Positions 1 to 9,740 of a stretch of 15,397 bases of DNA are shown one piece after another. The stretch covers positions 1-15,397 of the forward strand of contig NW_021825509.1 in NCBI RefSeq assembly GCF_006345805.1. Reading direction: 5' to 3'. The notes below the pieces were generated by a model. That model did not search any database. It saw nothing but the letters and a program-made list of their open reading frames with translations, and had not been told where the DNA came from. Each line of letters begins with the position of its first letter. Within the stretch, counting starts at the first letter, position 1. The DNA comes from Octopus sinensis. Lineage: Eukaryota. The position numbers and the translations under genes are program-made.

Positions 1-80
1 TAGCGTGGAAGGCTCCTTGTACTGTCAACATTTTCTTGTCTTTGCATTGTCAACATTTTTTCTTTTCTTTCTACTGTCAA

Positions 81-131
81 ATTATTATTATTATTATTAT
101 CATTATTATCATTATTATTATTATTATTATT
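81..131. repeat. (ATT)n microsatellite; probable tail/target of the adjacent element
   Basis: Direct reading, two ATC interruptions. Confidence 0.97.
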
Positions 132-718
132 GAGTTAGAGAGCAGTGCATGCCATCAAAGTGACACTGGGGTAAAATATACGAAGCCCAATATACCCATC
201 ATGACTACCCGTCTGATGAGGTTACACCAGGCACATGCATCACAACCATGTGTGTGCGACATGGTGATCTCATATCAAGATAAACAGCACATGACCTTGC
301 AGGTGGGGCCCAGTTAGAATTTTCTTCAGGTTGAGTAGCCCATCCCGCTCAAAAGGTCCCTGAATAAGGGTTGTTTAAGGATGTTGAAAGAACCACCCAT
401 GTTTCCAGAGGTGAATTATTCAAATCCCAAAGAATCCCTCTCAACACATGGCTATGATGCTCCCCCACTACTTCTGCTTGTGATCAGAGATGCACATATC
501 GTCAGCCACTAAGGGACATGCTCAACTGGTTAAGGTCAAACAACTGACAAGCAAATCTGTGGTATTGAGCAGAATATTTGCTGTAGCCCATTTTATACCA
601 AGACAAAACAATGTACATGATAACACTTCCAATCAGTTAAGATCAGAAGCCATGAGAGCCAGGCAGTGGCTCTCATGGCTTCTGATCTTAACTGATTGGA
701 AGTGTTATCATGTACATT
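132..718 (-). mobile_element. Non-coding interspersed-repeat-like element between two (ATT)n tracts, ending in a fold-back inversion
   Basis: More GC-rich than its surroundings, sharp borders with (ATT)n on both sides, terminal palindrome at 610-718. Repeat status and orientation (AAT tail at 131 on the minus strand) are from recognition, not from a search. Confidence 0.6.
610..718. repeat. Perfect inverted repeat, 52-bp arms (610-661 / 667-718), 5-nt loop GGCAG
   Basis: Checked base by base: AATGTACATG...GAGAGCCA is the exact reverse complement of TGGCTCTC...CATGTACATT. Confidence 0.98.
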
Positions 719-721
719 TAT

Positions 722-731
722 TTATTATTAA

Positions 732-795
<64 letters not shown>
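722..795. repeat. (ATT)n microsatellite
   Basis: Direct reading. Confidence 0.97.
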
Positions 796-798
<3 letters not shown>

Positions 799-1199
799 GG
801 AAGCCGGAACTTTTGAAATCATATGCATAACGTCACGCTTTGGATTGGTTCAAAGGATTAATGTAAGTTAGCAAGAGGTCAAATATATGTAAAATTATTC
901 GAATGACATCGATATATGATTGTTTAAGAGCACATCGAGATTTTATTAGTTGTCAAGTAGCTGGTTAGAAAATGTGTCGCTTTTTAATCTATCCATTTGA
1001 TGCATTTATATTCAGCACCAAGTATAAACACATAATAATTGAGCTATTTGTAGTTTTATATGTAATGATATTTTATTGAATGACAAATTTTTATTATGTG
1101 CAATTGATAGAGTCTGCTCCTTGCTATAAATACAGTGTATATTGAGATCTCTTATAGATTGTCTATTGTATGTAGTAATGAGGTGCATTGACTAATATC

Positions 1200-1330
1200 A
1201 AGGCGGCAAAATGGCAGATTTGTGAGAGTGCTGAATAGATTATTACGTACTTCTCGTTCCGACACTGTCTGCACTGAGATTGTATCCCACTGCTAGCAAC
1301 TTTGCCATTTATTCTTTTGTGGTTCGATAA
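1200..1330 (+). mobile_element. Highly decayed SINE, family 2
   Basis: AAGGCGGCAAAATGGCAGA head and ACTTTGCCATTTATTCTTTTGTGGTTCGATAAA resemble the copies at 9523, 9741 and 12935-13160. Confidence 0.45.
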
Positions 1331-1444
1331 ATATAATTACTAATTCAGAGTGATGAATTGGTGGTGGAATTGTTACAACGTCGGCGGTTATCCTTTCCGG
1401 TTTTATGCAAATTGAGTTCAATTCCTATCTCGTCACTATAAAGC

Positions 1445-1445
1445 A

Positions 1446-1469
<24 letters not shown>
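1445..1469. repeat. Poly(A) run, 25 nt
   Basis: Direct reading. Confidence 0.95.
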
Positions 1470-1476
<7 letters not shown>

Positions 1477-1577
1477 GGGTTTACTACTGAATTTGTAAAG
1501 CCAATCAGATCACAGGTTCGCGGTTTCGATCTGTAGATCGACTGCCTCGGCAACAAGGTATGAATAATATTTATATG

Positions 1578-1980
1578 TGGCTGTGTGGTAAGTAGCTTGC
1601 TTACGAACCACATGGTTCCGGGTTCAGTCCCACTGCGTGGCACCTTGGGCAAGTGTCTTCTGCTATAGCCTCGGGCCGACCAAAGCCTTGTGAGTGGATA
1701 TGGTAGATGGAAACTGAAGGAAGCCCGTCGTATATATATATATATATATATATATATGCGTTTGTTTGTCTGTCTGTGTTTGTCCTCCTAGCATTGCTTG
1801 ACAACCGATGCTGGTGTGTTTATGTCCCCGTCACTTAGCGGTTCGGCAAAAGAGACCGATAGAATAAGTACTGGGCTTACAAAGAATAAGTCCTGGGGTC
1901 GAGTTGCTCGACTAAAGGCGGTGCTCCAGCATGGCCGCGGTCAAATGACTGAAACAAGTAAAAGAGTAAAAGAAAGAGTA
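1578..1980 (+). mobile_element. tRNA-derived SINE, family 1, with internal (TA)n
   Basis: A-box-like TGGCTGTGTGG at 1578, B-box-like GGTTCAGTCCC, CCTTGGGCAAGTGTCTT core, and GCGGTGCTCCAGCATGGC near the 3' end that recurs at 8641. A/G-rich (GAGTAAAA) tail. Homologous to the minus-strand copy at 12583-13189. Confidence 0.88.
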
Positions 1981-2289
1981 TATAGCCAATCATGTCAGTT
2001 CCCGATTTACTTCTTTACCCATTTCGACAGCTAACTAATTTTATATTTGCTTACATACGCGCATGCACACACATACACAGACACTCACCCCACCCTAACA
2101 CCCACATGTATGCATATTTACAGCCATAGATAGATACAGTAACTGAAGATACTGACGTATGACTGCCATGAATACAACAGCCAACGAAAACCCTTGATTC
2201 ACGTTGGAAACGTACCACATTAATCATGCAATAGTTTGGTTCCATATTTTTGTTCTTAAGTAGGTGGAAAAAATGATCTTATCTCACAC

Positions 2290-2331
2290 TGCCTGACGAG
2301 ACATGTTGTAGCGAAACAATTTGTTGTCGTG
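2290..2331 (+). ncRNA. Candidate degenerate type I hammerhead ribozyme (HHR-A)
   Basis: CTGACGA 2293-2299, G2300-C2312 closure, GAAA 2313-2316, stem III ACAA/TTGT, GTC triplet ending 2328. Stem I is weak. Confidence 0.4.
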
Positions 2332-3147
2332 CAACACGTAATGTCTAGATGTTAATATACTATATTCTGTGCTCAATAAATTATCTTCTCAGTTCCATTA
2401 TGGTCGATATTGCTCTTCATTATAATACGTTACACCATATCTTTTATTTTGTGAATTCTTGTGTTAGCTCAACCAAAGAGCGATATTAAATTTAATCTTT
2501 CCACTAGAATAAATTAAATGATTTCAATTTAACTCGGTTTTATTATACGTGAATACATCACATGGAATTCGAAAACAAATGATATACATACACAACATAG
2601 CATAAATGAATAATAGCGGATGAAGTTTCATATTGGCTCAATAGATATTGCTTCTTGGCAGACATCATATAGATGGAAGTAATACAGAAAAGGCAAGAGG
2701 TATAATTTATTTAATACTTTCAATACAATATTTACATGAATATTTCAACAAGAAAATATTGATATTGTTTTCTTTTCAGAAAGGCCAAAACTTCTATCTC
2801 ATTTCAGAATATTGGCGAGGCGAAGGAATTAACATAGTGTTTGTCTTTCACTGTTTTATTTGTGGCGTAGTCGAATCAATTTACACCGTCATACATTTGA
2901 AATCTTTACATTCTTGTAATATTTGCTTTGCCACACGGTTTTCGATAATTTCTTCATAAACCTGTGTAAAGAACTAAATTTTGACATTTTACATGACAAA
3001 CTTTGCAGGTGCAAAAGTAGCTATCAAATTCAAAATATGCAAGCGAAGAATTTCTGCTCTCCCCTTCGAGCGGAATTCTAGAGGTGATAAGAAGCCAAAA
3101 GGGTATGCTCCCACTTTCAGTGTTCCCAAATCCGAACCAAGGAGTTC

Positions 3148-3199
3148 TGAGCTGACGAAAGAAATGTCGATTTGACTAATCTAGAAACGTACGTTCTCA
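3148..3199 (+). ncRNA. Candidate degenerate type I hammerhead ribozyme (HHR-B)
   Basis: Stem I TGAG/CTCA, CTGACGA 3152-3158, GAAA 3184-3187, palindromic ACGTACGT stem III, GTT triplet. Stem II is imperfect with no G-C closure. Confidence 0.3.
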
Positions 3200-3375
3200 A
3201 ATAACCTTTGCACTTGATTTTTTAATGCTTTTTCCCCCATACCTTTGTGAGTTGGTTTGAGCAAACACTATCTGAGAGAGATCTTTAAGTATTAGAAATA
3301 GCTAAAGAAATTTCTTTAGCTGCTATTTCTAATGAGTTCAGTATGTGGCAAAGTAATTTATTTTACTAAGCCCTT

Positions 3376-3392
3376 ATATATAATGTAATATA

Positions 3393-3423
<31 letters not shown>

Positions 3424-3445
3424 GATATATATATATTTATATGTA
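3376..3445. repeat. (TA)n microsatellite, interrupted
   Basis: Direct reading. Confidence 0.95.
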
Positions 3446-3698
3446 TAATAATAAATATTAGGGAATAAATCCAAATTTACAGGGAAAAAAATCAGATTTA
3501 GGATTAAATCCATTTTATAGTAAAATATTATAAAATATTATTAGAGACAAAACCACTATTTTGCAAAACAAACAAGGAAAGACTTAATCAATACATAAAA
3601 TTTTAATAAATTGACTATTTATTAAAATTTTATGTATTGATTAAGTCTTTCCTTGTTTGTTTTGCAAAATAGTGGTTTTGTCTCTAATAATATTTTAT
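3446..3698. mobile_element. AT-rich element inside (TA)n, ending in a fold-back inversion
   Basis: Non-microsatellite island flanked by (TA)n on both sides; the last 169 bp are a perfect palindrome. Confidence 0.55.
3530..3698. repeat. Perfect inverted repeat, 82-bp arms (3530-3611 / 3617-3698), 5-nt loop TGACT
   Basis: Checked base by base in 10-nt blocks; no mismatch. Confidence 0.98.
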
Positions 3699-3710
3699 CT
3701 ATATGTATAT

Positions 3711-3744
<34 letters not shown>

Positions 3745-3762
3745 ATATACATATATATATAA
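3699..3762. repeat. (TA)n microsatellite, interrupted
   Basis: Direct reading. Confidence 0.95.
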
Positions 3763-4375
3763 TTACATAGAAACCTATATATGAATATTTTTACTGCGTA
3801 TTCATCTATATATGTATGTGTGTATATACTTTTGTTGCTCAATATCTTTCCCTGTATATGTATTCTTCCGTATATGTGCACATGTATATAACAACTTATA
3901 TCTGTATGGTTGCATGCGTATGTGTGTAGGTACAAACGTGAGTACGTATGTATGTTTGTGTGACTGTATGCAAGTATGTAAATGTCTACGAAGGTATGTT
4001 TGCACGTACGCATGCAAATGTATAGTATGGCCGAACGTAAGTGCATTTCTTGGTCATTCTGTGTGCACCGTTACTGTTCATTAACAACAGCTGTTCGTTA
4101 CTGAGTGTTTCACATATTACACATACTAATATACAAACATTACATAAATATGATCTAGCAATAACTGCATTTGCTTTGAGAGCAGCTTTGTCCTGTGTGT
4201 CAACACATATGTGCATGCGTATGCATATACATGTATGTGCGTATGTATATGTGCGTGAGAGAGTTTTTATGAATGTGTGTGTTTGTTTTTACTTACAGGA
4301 TCGTATATCCGCGGACATAACCTCACTTCAAACTGGAGGTCTAGCTTGAAAAGAGGTTACATGCCCACGGTTATT

Positions 4376-4437
4376 GGAGTCTGATGAGTCAACTATAAAG
4401 TTGAGCACTTGATGGGTGTGAAACCATTGGTCACTCT
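4376..4437 (+). ncRNA. Candidate type I hammerhead ribozyme with atypical stem II (HHR-C)
   Basis: Stem I GGAGT/ACTCT, CTGATGA 4381-4387, GAAA 4420-4423, stem III ACCA-T-TGGT, GTC triplet ending 4432. The stem II region holds two hairpins. Confidence 0.45.
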
Positions 4438-4465
4438 CTCACCATACATATATTTAAGTGCATGT

Positions 4466-4525
4466 GAATATATATATATATATATGTGTATGCATGCTTA
4501 CATGGAGTTAAACATATATATATGC

Positions 4526-4606
<81 letters not shown>

Positions 4607-4620
4607 CGTGTGTGTGTACA
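4466..4620. repeat. Compound (TA)n/(TG)n microsatellite
   Basis: Direct reading. Confidence 0.95.
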
Positions 4621-4712
4621 TATGCTGAGTATACATATATGTATTTGCGAGACAGTGAGTGTGTCGGTCTGTGTGTTTTTGTAATATATATTCATCTATT
4701 CATCTACGAATA

Positions 4713-5982
4713 TATCACATCACCTCATAAGTTCTGTCTCAATTTTAAATAAAGAAAACAACGGATAAAATGTCATATTTAATTGTAATTTAATCATCAA
4801 TGTACTCTCCCTGATTATCTTCGATTTTCTTCCATCTATTTACAAACTGTTTAATCCCATCAATGTAAAACTCATTTGGTTTCAAAGCGAAGAACTCTGA
4901 AATGTCAGTTTCGACATCCTCCTGGCTTGCAAATCCCCCAAATGATTCTGTAAACTACGAAACAAAAGACAGTCTGTAGGAGCAAGTTCGGGAGAATAAG
5001 GTGGATGAGGATTATTTTCCCAACCAAGCTTTTCGATATTCTGTCACGTGATTTTTGAAGTGTGGTGTCGTGCATTGTCCTGATGAAACTTCACGCCATT
5101 TCGATTCGCTAAAGCGGGACTTTTTTTTCTTCAGAGCTTGGTTCAAACGCTCTAATTGCTGACAGTAGACTTGAGCATTGATTGTTGCATTAGGTGGTAA
5201 TAATTCAAAGTGAATTACTCCTTCGCAATCCGACCAGATAGAGAGAACAATCTTTTTCCCAAGAATTTCCCTTCTCTGTTGTGGTTGAGCTTTATCCCTC
5301 TTAAAATGTCACTGCATACGGCGTTCAACACTTCGATAGAAGATCCAATTTTCGTCACCAGTCACAAGTCTATAAAAAATGGGTGAAATGAGTTCGTGAG
5401 AATGGAGAGAAAAGAGGGATTTGCGGTTGCTTTGGGACAATTCACGACGCACACATTTTCCAAGTTTAGGAACCTTTCCGATTTGTTGAAGATGATGATG
5501 AACTGTTGTATGGTTTGAACTAAGCTCTACTGCAAATTCTTCGACTGATAATGCAGGATTTTCTTCAATTAATGCCTTAAGGAGCTCATCATCAAACTCA
5601 ACTGGACGTCCTGTTCGATCAAGGCTGAAATTTCCACTTCTGAATTATTTTGCAAACCTTCTTCTGCAAGATCTTTCATTCAAGCAATCTTTTCCATAAA
5701 CTGAGTGAATATCTCGAGTCGCCTCGGATGCTGAGTTTCCTTTTTCTCTATTCATAAAGCATTATGTGCCTCAAATGCCCTCTGGATACTTCCATGATAG
5801 AAAGGGTTTTAATCATAGAAATTTTAATTCTATTATTCTGTAAAATAATATTTAATTAGTTTAAATGTACACAAATGCATAAAAATAACTTTTAATTCCA
5901 ATAGACATTCTAAAATACTATTAAATGTGAATTCAATTTTTAAAAACATAAAATTGGACAGAACTTATGGGATGATCTGATA
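4713..5982 (-). mobile_element. Full-length, inactive mariner (Tc1/mariner, DD34D) transposon
   Basis: Left end TATATCACATCACCTCATAAGTTCTGTCTCAATTTT (4711-4746) matches the reverse complement of the right end, TATATCAGATCATCCCATAAGTTCTGTCCAATTTT (5950-5984). TA flanks and about 1.27 kb length. Confidence 0.93.
4790..5795 (-). pseudogene. Mariner transposase pseudogene
   Basis: Manual translation: MEVSRGHLRHIMLYE; FRSGNFSL..TGRP; GKCVRREL (WVPHEL-like); VTGDENW (D at 5354-5356); HQDNAR (D at 5077-5079); HPPYSPELAPTD (D at 4972-4974, 34 residues after the second D); GEYIDD-stop. Multiple stops and frameshifts, e.g. TGA at 5044-5046. Confidence 0.95.
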
Positions 5983-5984
5983 TA

Positions 5985-6047
5985 CACACAAACACACACA
6001 CACACACACACATACATATGTATATATATATATAAATATATATATAA
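5985..6047. repeat. (CA)n/(TA)n microsatellite
   Basis: Direct reading. Confidence 0.9.
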
Positions 6048-6195
6048 GGATAAGATTGTTATTTAAATATCGAATTTATCAAGTGGCCAGCATGGGAATA
6101 AAAACCTTGAAAGGTAATAATTACTTAATGTGGTTTTAGAGTTTTGGCTGCTATTTCAAGCGTGGTGGTATCTCTTAGATGCCCTAATTATAATT

Positions 6196-6241
6196 TTACA
6201 TACACACACACACACACACACACAACACACACATATATAAT

Positions 6242-6290
<49 letters not shown>

Positions 6291-6331
6291 TATATATACA
6301 TATATATATATATACATATATATTTATATAC

Positions 6332-6362
<31 letters not shown>

Positions 6363-6530
6363 GATAGATAGATGTAGATATAGATATAGATATAGATATA
6401 TATATATACATATACATATATATATTTATTTTTACATACATTATATTATATATATATATACATATGTGTGTATATATACATATGTGTGTATACACACATA
6501 TACACACACAAGCACGCACGCACTCACATC
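6196..6530. repeat. Compound (CA)n/(TA)n/(TAGA)n low-complexity tract
   Basis: Direct reading. Confidence 0.92.
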
Positions 6531-6874
6531 TCACATAGTTATGTAAACATTGTGTTTAGGAAACCATTGGCCTTGTTAGTATTATCAAATTAAGCGAAAT
6601 TTTGCAACGAACAAACTTAGTCTGTGTGGCAGTATTATAAACATTGTTTATGAAAGAATAATTCATATAGCACTACCACGTGTCCATGAGAAATGCAAAA
6701 AAAAAAAAAATAAAGATCCTTGTGCAAAAGTGTGTAGTTTCTTTACAGAGCAACGCCGGATGCTCGACTCTCAATGTGATGCAGCATCATATAAATATTT
6801 ATAACCCATTTATATAGCATGAATGCTTTCACTTGTTGAACTCTATCGAAAGGAACTGATTATACAAAAATATA

Positions 6875-7451
6875 TTATATACGTACGTACATACAAACAT
6901 GCATACATACATGCAAATATAAATACATACAAACATATATACATATATGTAAGCAGAATGAGAGAGAGAGATAGAGAGGCTCATATAGATATAGATATGT
7001 ATGAAAGCAAATGTAATATAAATATATATTAAGTGTGCATGTATGTACTTATACATATGTATGTATATGTGTATGCGTATGTATGACTGTTTATATGTGT
7101 CTGTATATGAGTGCGTATGTATATATGTATGTATGTGTGTATGTATGTACAAATGTGCATACATGAGTTTATGTATGTATTTAAAGCCTCGCACTTGTGC
7201 ATACACAAGCTTTTATACATTTACATCCATACATATGGCTATATATATATCCATGCATATGATATATATATGTATATATATATATATCATATATATACAT
7301 ATATGATATTCATATATATATATATATATATATATATGTGGGTGTATGTATGTGTGTGCGCGTGTGTGTGTGTATGTATGTGTGTGTATGTATGTATGTA
7401 AATACGTTCACATATATATATATAGGTATATATATATATATGTACATGTAT

Positions 7452-7487
<36 letters not shown>

Positions 7488-7558
7488 CATAATATATATC
7501 AATGAACACATATATACAAGTATACACGCACATATATACATACATACTGACATACGGA

Positions 7559-7599
<41 letters not shown>

Positions 7600-7620
7600 A
7601 CATACACAAGAAGACACACA
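6875..7620. repeat. Long degenerate purine-pyrimidine alternating tract (TA/TG/CA)
   Basis: Direct reading; source of many spurious ORFs. Confidence 0.9.
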
Positions 7621-8029
7621 GAGATGGACATACACGCACACTCGTGACCATACATTTTTCAAACAACCTCGCCAACTCAGTCACCCGTCTCCTTTCCCCA
7701 GTAACGAATACATTGTCGAATGAGACACTGTCCACTTGTGATTTAACTTAGTAATAAATAATGGCAAATAAACAGAGAGAGAATTGTACATTTATATTTT
7801 TGTAGTGCTATCGCATATCACACGAAGAAAAGTCTCGGTTTTCAATGGCTGAGCCGAGGCCAATAGAGACGTGGGTCTTAGTGAGGATTATGAAGTAACA
7901 CGTAAATAAACCAGCTAAAGTAATAGAGTGATAGAAAGCTTCCGGTCACATGTATTGATCACATGCTAAGCGATCTCGATTACAATACACGTTACCATAT
8001 AAATATATGATTGGTTCTGTTTCTGTAAG

Positions 8030-8074
8030 TGTATGATTGTGTATGTGTATGTACGTGCGCGTATGTGTGTGCAC

Positions 8075-8108
<34 letters not shown>

Positions 8109-8406
8109 GCACACATACATGCATATATATGTGTTTGTGTACGTAAAAATACACACATAGATATATTATTCTGTGTATGTATATGTGTATATATATATAT
8201 ATATATAGATATATAGATATATAGATATAGATATAGATATATATATATGTATGTATGTATGTATGCATACATACGTATGTGTGTGTGCGTGTGTGAAAGT
8301 ATAAATGTCTATATCTACACCTTACATCTAACTATATAAACGCATACAAACACAGACACACGCACACCACATACACACCACATACACACCACATACACAC
8401 ACACAC
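8030..8406. repeat. Compound microsatellite tract including three CACCACATACA units
   Basis: Direct reading. Confidence 0.9.
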
Positions 8407-8690
8407 GTGGGGAGCGAATGATTAAGAAATTGGCTTCACCACATCGTGGGTTCGTGTTCTATCCCATTACGTGGCATTTTTAGACAATTTCACCTTTTGT
8501 GGCTTCCATCTGACCCATAATTTGTAAGTGAAAATTGGATTGTATCGTATCTTTAATCCAATTGTCCAGCTTCATCGCACACTGTGTCACGTTGACCAAG
8601 CCTAAGAGTTAATTTAAGTGATCCATTTCTATTCGTCAACGCGGTGCTCCAGCATGGCTGCAGTCAAGTGAACAGGTAAGAGAATATACG
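8407..8690 (+). mobile_element. Decayed SINE, family 1-like
   Basis: Remnant tRNA-like head; GCGGTGCTCCAGCATGGCTGCAGTCAA at 8641 matches 1918-1944. Confidence 0.65.
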
Positions 8691-8739
8691 AATAAAATAT
8701 TGCATAGAGACAGACCTAGATACGTACTTACCTGCAGAC

Positions 8740-8885
8740 ATGCTAGGTAATATGCATACACACATACAGACATACCTACCTATATATTTTCATTCAAACA
8801 GACAAACATACTTATGTACACGTGTTCGTATATACACACACACGCATACAACCATACAGGCAAACGTAGATATATGCAATGCAAA

Positions 8886-8925
<40 letters not shown>

Positions 8926-9051
8926 CACACATACATATATATATGTATTTATACGCATACTGAATAACAGATATAGACAATCAAAGAGGCTGCGTAACAC
9001 GTACTTACGTAACACGTACATATATACGTACATATATACATGCATACATAA

Positions 9052-9111
<60 letters not shown>

Positions 9112-9145
9112 AAACACATACGTACATATATACACATATATACAT
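8740..9145. repeat. Compound (CA)/(TA)n low-complexity tract
   Basis: Direct reading. Confidence 0.9.
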
Positions 9146-9522
9146 ATTCGTTAGACGAGGATATCCATCTTAAATTATTTTATCGTCGATGTAAAATCTA
9201 AGACAGTCAGCAATAATACCAGTCCTGAAATTTCAAGTCAACAACAGTTTGCACAAAACCGCTAAGACTCTCTCCTACAAAGCCATATATTCGAGAAACA
9301 TGCTTAAGCAAAACCTCCGGCTTTGCAATGAAGCGAGTGTTATTTCGGATTTCCTTCGTCCCAACATAAATGCACGCATACAACGATAAGTTGATATTTG
9401 GTTGCCAGTAAGGAAAAGATAATCGATTGGACCATACGACAATATCTATATCCATAGCTTACTTATCTCCCGTATCTCAATTCATATAGCAGAGATAAAG
9501 AGAATACAACATACATTGATGC

Positions 9523-9724
9523 TAAGGCGGTGATTTGGTAGAAACATTAGCACGGCTGACAAAATGGCTAGGTGTACTTCGTCTCTCTTTACATTCTGAG
9601 TTCAAATTCCGTCGAGGTCGACTTTGTCTTTCCTCATTTCCAGGTTGACAAGTACCAGTTGAGTACTACGGTCGATTTACTCACTGTTTCTAAATCAATG
9701 GCATTGAGCAAAAATTTGAAACCA
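9523..9724 (+). mobile_element. SINE, family 2
   Basis: TAAGGCGG head, B-box-like GAGTTCAAATTCC, GAGGTCGACTTTGTCTTTC shared with the 9741 and 12935-13160 copies. Confidence 0.85.
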
Positions 9725-9740
9725 GTTTTATATATGTGTG

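Noticed and set aside
213-300. CTGATGAG as a hammerhead core
   Set aside because: No GAAA, stem III or cleavage triplet at a usable distance.
490-510. Minus-strand CTGACGA in the first element
   Set aside because: Followed by GAAG rather than GAAA, with no supporting stems.
2217-2255. 39-nt minus-strand micro-exon (NKNMEPNYCMINV) with a GTACGT donor
   Set aside because: Uncommon AAG acceptor, too short to evaluate, and no supporting neighbouring exon.
5080-5090. CTGATGAAAC motif
   Set aside because: It is the antisense of mariner coding sequence (FHQD) and leaves no room for stem II.
6560-6570. GAAACCATTGG, identical to the HHR-C stem III region
   Set aside because: No upstream CUGANGA and it is followed by CC rather than TC; treated as a chance 11-mer.
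7650-7900. Possible exons (minus-strand VSFDNVF... and + strand after TTTTTGTAG at 7805)
   Set aside because: Poor splice-site pairs or early stops, and no recognisable protein.
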